Shown in pieces: positions 9,292 through 20,153 of a stretch of DNA of 64,000 bases. How positions within the stretch are numbered: the stretch's first letter is position 1; the number at the start of each line of letters is the position of its first letter. This stretch comes from Alphaproteobacteria bacterium. Its GTDB lineage: Bacteria; Pseudomonadota; Alphaproteobacteria; GCA-2746255. A program made the translations under genes and the position numbers. The notes below the pieces were generated by a model. It saw only the letters and a program-made list of their open reading frames with translations, did no database searches and was not told where the DNA came from. The stretch lies in NCBI GenBank assembly GCA_965249135.1, contig OZ252220.1, positions 896,001 to 960,000 on the forward strand. Reading direction: 5' to 3'.

Positions 9292-11208
9292 TTATCCCGA
9301 CGCCTTCGCCTCCTTCGGATAGCCGACCTTTTCCAGTGCCGCACCGATCTCGTTCAAAATTTCCGGATCGTCGATCGTCGCCGGCGTCTCGAAGGCCTCC
9401 CCGTCGGCGAGTTTCTGCATCGATCCACGCAGTATCTTGCCGGACCGTGTCTTCGGCAAGCGTTTCACGACGCAGGCAAGTTTAAAGGCGGCAACGGCGC
9501 CGATGCGTTCGCGGACCATGGCGATGGTCTCCCGAACGATCGCGTCTTCCGCGCGCTCGACACCCGCCTTCAACACCAAAAGCCCCAGCGGCACCTGCCC
9601 CTTTAACGCATCCCCCACGCCAAAGACCGCGCATTCCGCCACGTCCGGATGTTCGGAAAGCACCTCTTCCATGCCGCCCGTCGATAGCCGGTGACCGGCG
9701 ACGTTGATGATGTCGTCCGTGCGGCTCATGACGAAAAGGTAGCCGTCTTCATCCAAATAGCCGGCATCGCCCGTCAGGTAATAGCCGGGATATCGGGTGA
9801 GGTAGGATTCCACGAAGCCCGCATCGTTCTGCCAAAGGGTGGGCAGACAGCCCGGCGGCAGGGGTAATTTCAGCACGATGGCGCCGATGTCGCCCGGTTT
9901 CGCCTCGCTGCCTTCCTCATCGAGCACACGGATGTCGTAGCCGGGCACCGCCTTGGTGGGCGAACCCGGCTTGACCGGAAGCGCGCCGAGACCGATGCAG
10001 TTCGCCGCCGCCGGCCAGCCGGTTTCCGTCTGCCACCAGTGGTCGATGACGGGGCGTTCGAGCATGTCCTCGGCCCAGTGAAGCGTGTCCGGATCCGTGC
10101 GCTCGCCGGCCAGGAACAGCGTCGTAAACGCCGAGAGGTCTTTGCCCTTTAAGTAGTCCCCCTTGGGGTCCTCGCGCTTGATCGCCCGAAACGCGGTCGG
10201 CGCCGTGAACAGCACCTTCACCTTGTGCTCGGCGATCACCCGCCAGAAGGCGCCGGGGTCCGGCGTGCCCACCGGCTTGCCCTCGAACAGGATCGCGGTC
10301 GCGCCATGCAGCAGCGGCGCATAGACGATGTAGGAATGGCCGACCGCCCAACCGACGTCGGACGCCGCCCAGAACACCTCGCCTGGATCGACTCCGTAAA
10401 TATTCGTCATGCTCCAGACAAGGGCGACCGCATAGCCCCCATTGTCGTGGACGACCCCTTTCGGCACGCCGGTCGTGCCGGACGTATAAAGAATGTAAAG
10501 GGGGTCCGTTGCCGCAACGGGCACGCAAGGTGCAGGGCTGGCCGCTGCCATCGCGTCGGCCCAGGTGATGTCGCGCGGGGCTTGAAGATCGGCCAATCCC
10601 TGCTTGCGCTGCAACACGATGCAACGTTCCGGCCGCGACTCAAGGCTGGCCAATTCAATCGCCGCATCGAGCAGCGGCTTATAGGGGATCACGCGGGCCC
10701 CCTCGATCCCGCAGGAGCCGGCCACGATCACCTTCGGCTTCGCATCCTCGATGCGTTTCGCCAATTCGGCCGGCGCGAAGCCGCCGAAGACGACGGAATG
10801 GATGGCGCCGATGCGGGCTGAAGCCAGCATGGCGATGACCGATTCGGGCACCATCGGCATGTAGATGACGACGCGGTCGCCCTTTGTTACACCGAGCGCG
10901 CGAAGGGCGCCGGCAAAGCGCGCCACGCGGTCGCGAAGTTCCCGGTAAGTGAAGCTCTGAACCGTTTCCGTGACCGGGCTATCATAGATAAGCGCCGGCT
11001 GGTCCGCCCTTCCCCCTTCCACGTGGCGGTCGAGCGCGTTGTAACAGACGTTCAGCACGCCGCCCGCGAACCACTCGTAAAAAGGGGCGTTCGAGGAATC
11101 GAGGACGCGATCCCACTTCTTTTCCCAATCGAGCGCTTCGGCCGCTTCGGCCCAGAAGCCTTCCGGGTCCGCCTGCCAGCGTGCAGTGACCTCGTCGGTG
11201 CGGCTCAT
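9292..11208 (-). CDS. prpE: Propionyl-CoA synthetase
   Basis: Motifs YTSGTTGVPKG, DHWWQTETG and LPKTRSGK. Confidence 0.88.
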   Translation of the reverse strand: MSRTDEVTARWQADPEGFWAEAAEALDWEKKWDRVLDSSNAPFYEWFAGGVLNVCYNALDRHVEGGRADQPALIYDSPVTETVQSFTYRELRDRVARFAGALRALGVTKGDRVVIYMPMVPESVIAMLASARIGAIHSVVFGGFAPAELAKRIEDAKPKVIVAGSCGIEGARVIPYKPLLDAAIELASLESRPERCIVLQRKQGLADLQAPRDITWADAMAAASPAPCVPVAATDPLYILYTSGTTGVPKGVVHDNGGYAVALVWSMTNIYGVDPGEVFWAASDVGWAVGHSYIVYAPLLHGATAILFEGKPVGTPDPGAFWRVIAEHKVKVLFTAPTAFRAIKREDPKGDYLKGKDLSAFTTLFLAGERTDPDTLHWAEDMLERPVIDHWWQTETGWPAAANCIGLGALPVKPGSPTKAVPGYDIRVLDEEGSEAKPGDIGAIVLKLPLPPGCLPTLWQNDAGFVESYLTRYPGYYLTGDAGYLDEDGYLFVMSRTDDIINVAGHRLSTGGMEEVLSEHPDVAECAVFGVGDALKGQVPLGLLVLKAGVERAEDAIVRETIAMVRERIGAVAAFKLACVVKRLPKTRSGKILRGSMQKLADGEAFETPATIDDPEILNEIGAALEKVGYPKEAKASG

Positions 11209-11336
11209 CCCCCCTCCCCGTTTTGCCCGCTAGGGTTTCAGGCCCCAACGCAACGATCAAGGCCCATCGCGCAAATGCGTCCCTTCCGCCGAAAGCGCAA
11301 AGGGGGCGGTGCGGTCGCTTAAGGCAACGGCCAAGG

Positions 11337-11504
11337 CTAGATGGCTTCTAGCCGAAGGAGTTCGTCTTTGATATGGAGTTTTTGGCGTTTGAGTTGGTGG
11401 ATATACGAGTCGTCGGGTCGCGGTCGTTGATTTTCTTCTTCGATCTTGGTTTCCAGTGCGGCGTGTTCCGCCTTTAGCTGCTCAACTTCTTCCGTACTCG
11501 TCAT
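11337..11504 (-). CDS. DUF465/YdcH family protein
   Basis: LKAEHAALE...RPRPD...LKRQKLHIKDEL; GGAGG RBS. Confidence 0.85.
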   Translation of the reverse strand: MTSTEEVEQLKAEHAALETKIEEENQRPRPDDSYIHQLKRQKLHIKDELLRLEAI

Positions 11505-11595
11505 ATTGAACCTCCCACCTAGTTCAAAACGAAACCCAGGACTCTTAAAGCCTACCCCTTCGCCGACCCCTTGACCAGAAAAGGCGCGAACCGCC

Positions 11596-12681
11596 TCAAT
11601 CCCCCAGCGAAATCCCAAGGCCACGGGCGGTTTTCACGATGCTCCCCTTTAGGTCGACGCTGCGGTGATGGGCGAGCACCTCTCGGATCGGAACCTCGAC
11701 GGCGCGCCGGTCCTGCCAGGCGACCATCTGGCCGAACTTGCCTTCCGCGATCAGGTCGACGGCGCGCACGCCGAAGACCGAAGCCATCAGGCGGTCGCGC
11801 GGCGTCGGCATGCCACCCCGCTGAAGGTGGCCAAGCACGGTGACGCGCGTCTGGGCGCCGGTAAGTTCGGCGATGCGCTCGCCCAAGTAATGGCCGATGC
11901 CGCCATAGCGCACATTGCCCGATTCGTCTTTCACGCCGATCGACTCGCCGCTTTCCGTCTTTACCGATTCGGTGACGACGACCAGCGCGTGGTTGCGCCC
12001 CATTTCCCGAAGGCTTTCGATCTTCGCCGCTACCTTCTCAATCGCGTAGGGAATTTCCGGGATCAGGATCACGTCGGCGCCGCCGGCAATCCCGGCCGCC
12101 AGTGCGATGTGGCCGGCGTCCCTTCCCATCACCTCCAGGATGATGACGCGGCTATGGCTCGCCGCGGTGGGCTGCAGACGGTCGAGCGCTTCCGTCGCCA
12201 CATAAACGGCGGTATTGTATCCGATACAGGTTTCGGTGAAGCCGACGTCGTTGTCGATCGTCTTCGGAATGGCGACGATCTTCAAACCGCCCTGCTCGGC
12301 AAGCCTCTCGAGGATCCGAAGGCTCCCGTCGCCGCCGATGACGACCAACGCTTCCAGCCCAAGCTCGCGATAGCCTTCGATGACCTCCGCCGAACGGTCG
12401 GTCACGCTTCCGTCCGGCATCGGAAAGGCGAACGGGTCGCCCGTGTTCGTCGTGCCGAGGATGGTGCCGCCCATGCGAAGCACGTTGCCCGTGAAGATTC
12501 GAAGCGTGAGCTCTTCGTAATCGACCGGCCGGCGAAGCAGCCCCATCGTTCCTTCATGGATGCCGAGCACCTGCCAGCCATAGGTCTCGATCGCGCGACG
12601 GACGACCGCCCGGATCACCGCGTTGAGGCCGGAACAATCCCCGCCGCTGGTCAGGATGCCGATTCGTTTCTTATCACCCAT
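11596..12681 (-). CDS. pfkA: ATP-dependent 6-phosphofructokinase
   Basis: Motifs TSGGD, GGDGS, PKTIDND, EVMGR and LGHLQRGG. Confidence 0.93.
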   Translation of the reverse strand: MGDKKRIGILTSGGDCSGLNAVIRAVVRRAIETYGWQVLGIHEGTMGLLRRPVDYEELTLRIFTGNVLRMGGTILGTTNTGDPFAFPMPDGSVTDRSAEVIEGYRELGLEALVVIGGDGSLRILERLAEQGGLKIVAIPKTIDNDVGFTETCIGYNTAVYVATEALDRLQPTAASHSRVIILEVMGRDAGHIALAAGIAGGADVILIPEIPYAIEKVAAKIESLREMGRNHALVVVTESVKTESGESIGVKDESGNVRYGGIGHYLGERIAELTGAQTRVTVLGHLQRGGMPTPRDRLMASVFGVRAVDLIAEGKFGQMVAWQDRRAVEVPIREVLAHHRSVDLKGSIVKTARGLGISLGD

Positions 12682-12760
12682 GCGCCCACTTCCTCCGCCT
12701 TCAGCCTATGCGGAGAATGGATCATCGGAAAGGGTTTGTGTAAGCTAAAGGCGCGTGCGT

Positions 12761-13534
12761 CTAGTTCTCGCTTTCGTCGGTTTCGTTCGCCCCGCTGGCA
12801 GCGGCCTTCCGCTGGCGCTTCTGCGCATACATCTCCTGATCGGTCGCTTCGATCGCGCCGTCGATGTCCTCCGTGCCCTCGAACAGGTGCACACCATAAG
12901 AAACGGAAAGCTCCATCGTCTTTCCTTTCCAGTCGAAGGGGCTCTGCTCGATCAGCCGGGCCAAGATCCCCGCCTTTTCCTTCCCCGCCTTGAGGCCGGT
13001 CTGGGCAAGCAGGACGCCGAACTCATCGCCGCCCAGCCTCCCCAGGATGTCCGATTCGCGGACGTTGCCAAGAAAGAGTTGGGCGACGTGGCGAAGGGCG
13101 GCATCGCCCGCGGCGTGGCCTTCCGAATCGTTGATGAGCTTCAGGCCGTCGAGATCGAAATAAAGAATGCAACCGGTCGACCCATAGCGTTCCGCATAGG
13201 ACATCATCCGCGCCAGATGCCGGACGAAGGCGCGACGGTTGGAGATCGAAAGCAGCGGATCGTGGTCCGCCTCATGCTCAAGCAGCGACACCCGCTCCTT
13301 GAAGACCGCGAGTTCCTGGCGCAGCCGATCGACCTCCGCCATCAGACCAAGCAACGCCGAGCGCACCTTCGGCGTCAACTCTTCTTCGGGGATCCCCATG
13401 ACGGAGGTGACGTCCTCCACGTCCTCAAGGGATGCCACCGCGCTCCGGTCGGTGGCGCGCTTGCCGACGGAGGAAACGCGCGCCGTATCGCGAAGTGGGT
13501 TGGTCTTTTCGACCTTCATACGAGGCCTCGCCAA
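12761..13534 (-). CDS. GGDEF domain diguanylate cyclase
   Basis: N-terminal coiled coil, then [10 protein letters not shown]...GD and RLGGDEF; start uncertain. Confidence 0.9.
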   Translation of the reverse strand: MARPRMKVEKTNPLRDTARVSSVGKRATDRSAVASLEDVEDVTSVMGIPEEELTPKVRSALLGLMAEVDRLRQELAVFKERVSLLEHEADHDPLLSISNRRAFVRHLARMMSYAERYGSTGCILYFDLDGLKLINDSEGHAAGDAALRHVAQLFLGNVRESDILGRLGGDEFGVLLAQTGLKAGKEKAGILARLIEQSPFDWKGKTMELSVSYGVHLFEGTEDIDGAIEATDQEMYAQKRQRKAAASGANETDESEN

Positions 13535-13714
13535 TGCTTGCGCCCAAAGACGACAAAGCCAAGCCTTTGGAGCCTGGCAAACCTATCGGGTAAATCCTAT
13601 CACAAAATGGCCCTGAAATCCTTAACGGGGCAGAGGCTTGCTTGCCTAACGCCAAACCCTCCCTTACATTGGCGCCCTTTCCGGCCAAGCCAAAAGGCCT
13701 TGGAGCGCCGCGCC

Positions 13715-14218
13715 ATGGGATCGAAAGAGGGATCGAAAGAACCGATCGTCGGCATCCTCATGGGAAGCCAATCCGACTGGGAGACGATGCACCACGCGGG
13801 TGAGGTTCTGGACGCGCTTGGCATCGCTTACGAGAAGAAAATCGTGTCTGCCCATCGCACGCCGAAACGGCTTTACGCCTATGCCGAGCTTGCCCACGAA
13901 CGCGGCCTCAAGGTGCTGATCGCCGGCGCCGGCGGGGCCGCCCATTTGCCCGGTATGGTCGCCGCCTTGACCGCGCTTCCCGTCCTCGGCGTGCCGGTCG
14001 AATCGAAGGCGCTGAAGGGCCTCGACAGCCTGCTTTCGATCGCCCAGATGCCGGGCGGCGTGCCGGTCGGTACGCTTGCCGTAGGCCCGGCCGGCGCCAA
14101 GAACGCGGGCCTCCTTGCTGCCGCCATCGTCGCCCTGTTCGATCCGAAGGTGGCGAGTGCACTCGACGACTGGCGCGCGCATCAAACCGAAGCCGTCGCC
14201 GAAACCCCAAGCGACTAA
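13715..14218 (+). CDS. purE: N5-CAIR mutase
   Basis: Motifs [21 protein letters not shown] and QMPGGVPV. Confidence 0.97.
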   Translation: MGSKEGSKEPIVGILMGSQSDWETMHHAGEVLDALGIAYEKKIVSAHRTPKRLYAYAELAHERGLKVLIAGAGGAAHLPGMVAALTALPVLGVPVESKALKGLDSLLSIAQMPGGVPVGTLAVGPAGAKNAGLLAAAIVALFDPKVASALDDWRAHQTEAVAETPSD

Positions 14219-14224
14219 AACCCC

Positions 14225-15310
14225 ATGACCCAAGCGCCCCTGCCACCGGGTTCGACGATCGGCATCTTCGGCGGCGGACAGCTTGGCCGGATGACGGCGC
14301 TGGCGGCGGGAAAGCTCGGCTATCGCGTTCACGTCTTCGACCCGGAAGTCGATTGCCCGGCGGCCCAGGTCGCTGCCCACCACACCGCGGCCGCCTATGA
14401 CGACGAGGCAGCGATCGAAAGATTTGCGGACGCCATCGACGTCGCCACCTTCGAGTTCGAGAACGTGCCAAGCACAACCCTCGCCGCCCTGGAAGGAAAG
14501 GCCCCGGTGCGCCCGAGGGGTGCGATCCTCCATACCGTGCAGGATCGCCTGCGGGAGAAGGATTTCCTGAACGGGCTGGGCATCGCCACCACCGCTTATG
14601 CAAACATCACCTCGCCGGCCGAGCTTTCCTCGCAACTGAAGGAAATCGGTCTGCCGACGGTCCTCAAAGGAGCGCGACTTGGCTATGACGGCAAGGGCCA
14701 GCAACGAATCGAAGCAGCGAGCGATGCCGATGCCGCCTGGAAGGCGCTGAACGCCGAGCGCGCCATCCTCGAATCCTGGGTCGACTTCTTTTGCGAGATT
14801 TCCGTCGTCGTCGCCCGCGGCCTCGATGGAACCCTTGCCGCCTTTGCCCCGTCCGAGAACCTGCACCGCGATCACATCTTAAGAGAGACCCGCGTGCCGG
14901 CTTCGATCGCGCCCAAGATCGGCCGTGAGGCCCAGGCCATCGCGGAAAGGATCGCCGACGCGCTCGGCCTGGTCGGCTTGCTCGCCGTCGAATTCTTCGT
15001 GACGAAGGACAGAGCGCTTCTGGTGAACGAGATCGCACCCCGCCCCCACAATTCCGGCCACTGGACGATGGATGCCTGCGTCACCAGCCAGTTCGAACAG
15101 TTCGTCCGGGCGATTACCGGGCTCCCCCTGGGCACGGCGGAACGCCATTCGGACGCGGTGATGACGAACCTGCTTGGGGATGAGGTAGCACGCTGGCAGG
15201 CGCTTGCCGCCGAGCTCGGCGCGAGCGTGCACCTCTATGGCAAGAAAGAGGTGCGCCCGGGCAGGAAGATGGGGCACATCACCCGCCTGGCACCGAACCG
15301 CGAGTCCTAG
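14225..15310 (+). CDS. purK: N5-CAIR synthetase
   Basis: Motifs GGGQLGRM, GYDGKGQ, NEIAPRPHNSGH and RKMGH. Confidence 0.97.
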   Translation: MTQAPLPPGSTIGIFGGGQLGRMTALAAGKLGYRVHVFDPEVDCPAAQVAAHHTAAAYDDEAAIERFADAIDVATFEFENVPSTTLAALEGKAPVRPRGAILHTVQDRLREKDFLNGLGIATTAYANITSPAELSSQLKEIGLPTVLKGARLGYDGKGQQRIEAASDADAAWKALNAERAILESWVDFFCEISVVVARGLDGTLAAFAPSENLHRDHILRETRVPASIAPKIGREAQAIAERIADALGLVGLLAVEFFVTKDRALLVNEIAPRPHNSGHWTMDACVTSQFEQFVRAITGLPLGTAERHSDAVMTNLLGDEVARWQALAAELGASVHLYGKKEVRPGRKMGHITRLAPNRES

Positions 15311-15942
15311 CGTCCCGGATTTACGAACCGGCGGCCCGCTGCCGTAAGACGGCTAAGCGCGGCTTCCGCTTGGCCTCGGATCTTCGGCACCTTCATGACG
15401 TCATTGATGCGCCGATCCAGGAACGCCCAGGTCTCGGTGAAGTCTTCCGAATCGTCGTTCAGCCAAGTAAAGAAGGTCGAGACGTAGACGGCGGCAAGCA
15501 GAGCGCGCTTCGAATAGAAGTTGAAATCCGCCGATCGGTCCCCGATCGCATACCAGATCGCATCGACCGTCCGCCAGGTGGTGGCCGCCCCTTCGCGCGC
15601 CTGGGCGGGTCGCATGAGATAGGCCACGGCGCGCCGCGCGGCCTCCCGGTGTTCGGCGTTCTGCGTAAGCCGCGTGCGCACGGCAAGCGCGATCTTGTCG
15701 CGGATCCGCATCCCTTCCAGATCACTCGCCTCGAGGGCCGCCACCATCTTACGGTCGGCCTCCGTCACGTAAGCGCGGAAGAGATCCCGAACCCCTCTCG
15801 GGAAGGCGCACGCAAGTTGAGCCTGATCCGCGCCTACTTCCCTGGCGCCCTCGGCAAGTGCCTGCTCCGTCCAGCCGTCGAAGGGCACGTGACGTAAAGC
15901 GGCTTCGAGAATTTCCAGGCGTATGCGCTCAAGGTCCGGCAC
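15307..15942 (-). CDS. COQ9 family protein
   Basis: HVPFDGW, DAIWYAIGDRSADFNFYSKR and TWAFLDRRI; near rpsU; GTG start inferred. Confidence 0.88.
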   Translation of the reverse strand: MPDLERIRLEILEAALRHVPFDGWTEQALAEGAREVGADQAQLACAFPRGVRDLFRAYVTEADRKMVAALEASDLEGMRIRDKIALAVRTRLTQNAEHREAARRAVAYLMRPAQAREGAATTWRTVDAIWYAIGDRSADFNFYSKRALLAAVYVSTFFTWLNDDSEDFTETWAFLDRRINDVMKVPKIRGQAEAALSRLTAAGRRFVNPGR

Positions 15943-15967
15943 GTTCCTATACCCTCGAAGTTCTGAC

Positions 15968-16576
15968 CTAAAGTTCCGGCAGCGTCTTTTCCATCTCGTC
16001 AATATAGCCGAAATTGGAAATATCCTTTATCCGCATCGGATAGAGAATGCCGTCCAGATGATCCGCCTCGTGCTGGACGACGCGGGCGTGAAAGCCGCTC
16101 ACCTCACGCGCGATCGTGTCCCCTTCCGGCGTCACCCCCCGGTAGCGCACTTCAACGTAGCGCGGCACGAGGCCGGCCATGCCGGGAAGCGAAAGGCAGC
16201 CTTCCCACGCTTCCTCCATCGCCTCTCCGACCGGCTCGATGACCGGATTGATGAGCGTGGTGAGCACCATCTCCGGCGGCGCATCGCCTGGCAAAGCCTC
16301 GCCTTCCGCCACCGGGCCTTCCGTCACCGGGCCTTCCGTCACCGGGCCTTCCACCACCGGCCCAGCCGGCACCGGCCCTTCCGGCAGCTCGAAGATAAGG
16401 ACGCGCTTGGCAACGGCGATCTGGGGGGCGGCAAGCCCGATCCCGGCCATCGCCCGCATCGTCTCGATCATGTCGGCGATAAGGGCCGCGATGGCCGGAT
16501 CCAATGGGTCCGCCACTGCCTCCGCCACCCCGCTTAAAACCGGGTGCCCCATGCGGGCGATTTCGAGAACGGCCAT
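15968..16576 (-). CDS. def: Peptide deformylase with a repeat-expanded loop
   Basis: Motifs GIGLAAPQ, EGCLS and QHEADHLDG. Confidence 0.95.
   Translation of the reverse strand: MAVLEIARMGHPVLSGVAEAVADPLDPAIAALIADMIETMRAMAGIGLAAPQIAVAKRVLIFELPEGPVPAGPVVEGPVTEGPVTEGPVAEGEALPGDAPPEMVLTTLINPVIEPVGEAMEEAWEGCLSLPGMAGLVPRYVEVRYRGVTPEGDTIAREVSGFHARVVQHEADHLDGILYPMRIKDISNFGYIDEMEKTLPEL
16301..16385. repeat. 15-bp in-frame tandem repeat (about 5.5 units) inside def
   Basis: GCCTTCCGTCACCGG-like units encode GPVPA-GPVVE-GPVTE-GPVTE-GPVAE. Confidence 0.9.
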
Positions 16577-16766
16577 CTGGCTACTATGGGCGGCGGGCCG
16601 GCGGACTTCCAGGGAACTTTTCCAGAAAATGGCAGAAAACCGGGGATTTTAGCGAGGCTCCCCTTTCCAAAGGGTGCCGGCTGTGCTATGTAGCGGCCCA
16701 CTTAAGACAACCTTGTCACCTTGGGAATTCATTACACCGTTTCCCACGGAAACGGAGGAGAGACGT

Positions 16767-16967
16767 TTGCAGGTCACGGTTCGCGATAACAATGTCGATC
16801 AGGCCCTTCGGGCGCTGAAGAAGAAGATGCAGCGCGAGGGCATTTTCCGCGAGATGAAGATGCGCCGCTCTTACGAGAAACCATCCGAAAAACGCGCGCG
16901 CGAACGCGCCGAAGCGGTGCGCCGGGCCCGCAAGCTGGAACGCAAGCGCCAAGAACGCGAACTTTAG
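16767..16967 (+). CDS. rpsU: 30S ribosomal protein S21
   Basis: [24 protein letters not shown]...YEKPSEKR; TTG start after GGAG. Confidence 0.97.
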   Translation: MQVTVRDNNVDQALRALKKKMQREGIFREMKMRRSYEKPSEKRARERAEAVRRARKLERKRQEREL

Positions 16968-17007
16968 GAAAGAACGCGAACTCTAGGAACCGATCTTCAT
17001 TTAAACC

Positions 17008-17092
17008 AAAACCCCCCGGACCGGACCTGAGGGGTTTTTTGATTCCTCTAAACCGCGCGCAAAAAAAACGGCGGAGTCGCCCCCGCCGCTTT
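17008..17092. terminator. Two intrinsic terminators between convergent rpsU and pntB
   Basis: AAAACCCC...GGGGTTTTTT (17008-17040) and A8-CGGCGG...CCGCCG (17061-17092). Confidence 0.75.
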
Positions 17093-17115
17093 CAATGCCC
17101 CCAAAGCTATCCTGG

Positions 17116-18504
17116 TCAGAACGCCTTGACGATAGCTTCGACCATTTTCTTGGCGTCGCCGAATAGCATCATCGTATTGTCGCGATAGAAGAGCTCGTTA
17201 TCAACCCCTGCGTAGCCGGGCGAGAGAGAACGTTTTACGAACAAAACGGTCTTCGCGTCCTCGACGTCGAGGATCGGCATGCCGTAGATCGGGCTCGCCG
17301 GGTCCTTCTTGGCGATCGGGTTCGTCACGTCGTTGGCGCCGATGACGAAGGCGACGTCCGACGAGGCGAAATCGTGGTTAATTTCCTCCAGTTCGAAGAC
17401 CTCATCATAGGGCACGTTCGCCTCCGCCAGCAGCACGTTCATGTGCCCCGGCATGCGGCCGGCGACCGGGTGAATCGCGTAACTCACCTTCACCCCTTCC
17501 GCCTTTAAGAGGTCCCCCATCTCGCGGAGCGCGTGCTGGGCCTGGGCGACCGCCATCCCATAGCCGGGCACGATGATGACGGAGGCGGCGTTCTTGAGGA
17601 TGAAGGCACCGTCGTCGCCGCTCCCGGATTTCACGCTGCGATCGCCGCCGGCCACGCCGGGTGCCGCGTGTCCCTCGCCGCCGAAACCGCCGAGCACGAC
17701 GTTGAAGATCGAGCGGTTCATCCCCTTGCACATGATGTAACTGAGGATGGCGCCCGACGAGCCGACGAGGGCGCCGGTGATGATGAGCAGGTGGTTGTCG
17801 AGCGTGAATCCGATGCCACACGCCGCCCATCCCGAATAGGAGTTCAGCATCGAGATGACGACCGGCATGTCGGCCCCGCCGATCGGCACGATGATCAGGA
17901 AGCCGACCAGGAAGGCGAGCGCGGCCATCGCCCAGAACACCTCGACCGACTCGTTCGATCCGAAAGTGGCGATCAGGCCGACGATCGCGATTCCTAACAC
18001 CGCGTTCAGCGGATGCTGGCCGGGAAAGACCAGCGGCGATCCGGACACCAGCCCCTGCAGCTTCGCAAACGCCACGACGGAACCCGAAAAGGTGATCGCG
18101 CCGATGACCATGCCGATCCCCATCTCGACCCGGTTGGCGACAGGGATCGATCCGATGTCGCCGATCCCGTACGCCGCCGGCGAATAAAGGGCGGCCGCCG
18201 CAACGAACACGGCGGCCATGCCGACCAGGCTGTGAAAGGCCGCCACCAGCTGGGGCAAGGCCGTCATATGGATGCGAAGCGCGATCACGGTGCCGATGGC
18301 GCCGCCGATCAGCACGCCGAGAATGATCAGCGTGTAGCTTGTGACTTCCGGTGAAACGAGCGTCGTCGCCACGGCGATCAGCATGCCGGCGATGCCGTAG
18401 AGGTTGCCGACCCGCGCCGTCACCGGCGAGCTTAAGCCCCGCAGCGCCATGATGAAGCAGATCGAGGCGATGAGATAGGCGAGCGCCGTGGTGGTTACGG
18501 TCAA
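17116..18504 (-). CDS. pntB: NAD(P) transhydrogenase subunit beta
   Basis: Motifs PIGGADMPVVISMLNSYSG, HPVAGRMPGHMNVLLAEA and GANDVTNP. Confidence 0.97.
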   Translation of the reverse strand: MTVTTTALAYLIASICFIMALRGLSSPVTARVGNLYGIAGMLIAVATTLVSPEVTSYTLIILGVLIGGAIGTVIALRIHMTALPQLVAAFHSLVGMAAVFVAAAALYSPAAYGIGDIGSIPVANRVEMGIGMVIGAITFSGSVVAFAKLQGLVSGSPLVFPGQHPLNAVLGIAIVGLIATFGSNESVEVFWAMAALAFLVGFLIIVPIGGADMPVVISMLNSYSGWAACGIGFTLDNHLLIITGALVGSSGAILSYIMCKGMNRSIFNVVLGGFGGEGHAAPGVAGGDRSVKSGSGDDGAFILKNAASVIIVPGYGMAVAQAQHALREMGDLLKAEGVKVSYAIHPVAGRMPGHMNVLLAEANVPYDEVFELEEINHDFASSDVAFVIGANDVTNPIAKKDPASPIYGMPILDVEDAKTVLFVKRSLSPGYAGVDNELFYRDNTMMLFGDAKKMVEAIVKAF

Positions 18505-18519
18505 GCTTCCCTCCCCCCG

Positions 18520-18849
18520 TTAGCTTTTCTTCTTGAACATCTGCAGCATGCGCTGGGTCACGATGAACCCGCCGAAGATGTTGATGCTCGCCAGGATCAC
18601 GCCTGCAAAGCCGATCAGTTTCGAGAACGTCGTCTCCATCGGCCCCGCCGCAATCAGCGCGCCGACGATGATCACGCTCGAGATGGCGTTCGTGACGCTC
18701 ATCAGCGGCGAATGCAACGCCGGCGTCACGTTCCAGACGACGTAATAGCCGACGAAAATTGCCAAAATGAAGATCGTCAGTGCGAAGACGATCAGATCCG
18801 CTTGCGCCGCGCCCGCCGCACTCTCAGCCATCTTTTGCATGTGTTCCAT
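18520..18849 (-). CDS. pntA: NAD(P) transhydrogenase alpha, membrane part
   Basis: [17 protein letters not shown] and [13 protein letters not shown]. Confidence 0.95.
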   Translation of the reverse strand: MEHMQKMAESAAGAAQADLIVFALTIFILAIFVGYYVVWNVTPALHSPLMSVTNAISSVIIVGALIAAGPMETTFSKLIGFAGVILASINIFGGFIVTQRMLQMFKKKS

Positions 18850-18852
18850 GAC

Positions 18853-20007
18853 CTAGTCTCCCTTGTCCAAGAAGGCGGAATGGACGATCGCGCCGCCTTG
18901 GGTGAGCTGGGTGCCCTGGATGATCTCGTCTTCCGGATCAAGCTTCAGCGTCTTCGTCTCCGCATCGACGAGGGGGGTTAGAAAATTCAGCAGGTTCTTC
19001 GCATAAAGCGCGCTCGCATCCTCGGCGATGCGGCTCGGCAGGTTCGCATAGGCGACGATCGTCACGCCATGGGCCTCGACGATGCCTTCCTCGCTAAGTT
19101 CGCAATTGCCGCCCGCCTCGATCGCCAAATCGACGATCACGGAACCCGGCTTCATGTCACGGACCATCGCGTCGGTAATCAGGACCGGCGCCGGCTTGCC
19201 GGGGATCAGCGCCGTCGGGATGACGATGTCCTGTTTCTTGAGCGTCTCATGGATAAGCTCGGATTGCTTGCGCTTGTAGTCTTCGCTCATCTCCTTCGCA
19301 TAGCCGCCGGCGGTTTCGGCTGCTGCCGTTTCTTCCGATTCGACCTCGACGAAGGTGGCGCCCAGGCTTTCCACCTGTTCCTTCACGGCCGGCCTGACGT
19401 CGAAGGCAAAAACGACGGCGCCCAGGCGCTTGGCCGTCGCGACCGCCTGCAGGCCGGCGACGCCGGCGCCCAGGATGAGGACGCGGGCCGGCGCCACGGT
19501 GCCGGCCGCCGTCATCATCATCGGCATGCCCCGGCCAAACACGTTGCAGGCCTCGAGCACCGCCCGATAACCGGCGAGGTTGCTCTGGGAGGAAAGCACA
19601 TCCATGCTTTGGGCGCGCGTGATGCGCGGCAGAAGTTCCATCGCAAAGGCATCGACCTTCGCATCCGCGTAAGCCTTCACCTGTTCCGGGTTCGCGTAAG
19701 CGCTAAGTGAGCCGATCAGCTTCGCGCCCGCCTTCATGTAGGAAAGTTCGTCCGGCCCGCCTTCCGCTTCCGTGAGCGGGCGCTGCACCTTGAGCACGAT
19801 GTCCGCATCCTGTAGGGCGGCCGCCGCATCGGCGGCGATGGTGGCGCCAGCCGCCCGATAGGCCGGATCCAAGAGCGAAGCACCGGCGCCGGCGTCCTTT
19901 TCGACCATCACCTCGAAGCCAAGGCCGATCAGTTTCTTGACCGTGTCCGGCGTCGCCGCGACCCGGTGCTCGTGTTCGCGCCGTTCTTTCGGTATGCCAA
20001 TTTTCAT
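18853..20007 (-). CDS. pntA: NAD(P) transhydrogenase alpha, soluble part
   Basis: RITRAQSMDVLSSQ, GAGVAGLQA and GGYAKEMS. Confidence 0.96.
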   Translation of the reverse strand: MKIGIPKERREHEHRVAATPDTVKKLIGLGFEVMVEKDAGAGASLLDPAYRAAGATIAADAAAALQDADIVLKVQRPLTEAEGGPDELSYMKAGAKLIGSLSAYANPEQVKAYADAKVDAFAMELLPRITRAQSMDVLSSQSNLAGYRAVLEACNVFGRGMPMMMTAAGTVAPARVLILGAGVAGLQAVATAKRLGAVVFAFDVRPAVKEQVESLGATFVEVESEETAAAETAGGYAKEMSEDYKRKQSELIHETLKKQDIVIPTALIPGKPAPVLITDAMVRDMKPGSVIVDLAIEAGGNCELSEEGIVEAHGVTIVAYANLPSRIAEDASALYAKNLLNFLTPLVDAETKTLKLDPEDEIIQGTQLTQGGAIVHSAFLDKGD

Positions 20008-20153
20008 CGTCGCCCCGTATCCTCCCCCTTGAAAATCCGCACCCCCGCTTTAAAAAATTCGGCCGAGTGTGCCGTGTTCGGCCCGGTTTGCCAAGCCCGG
20101 TTTGTCAAGCCCGGTTTGCCAAGGACGAACCGCCACCCTGGACGCCGAAGGCT

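Noticed and set aside
12755-13714. PurE with a long N-terminal extension (similar extensions on qor, YbdK and CpdR)
   Set aside because: The extensions overlap real neighbouring genes; downstream starts give family-typical lengths.
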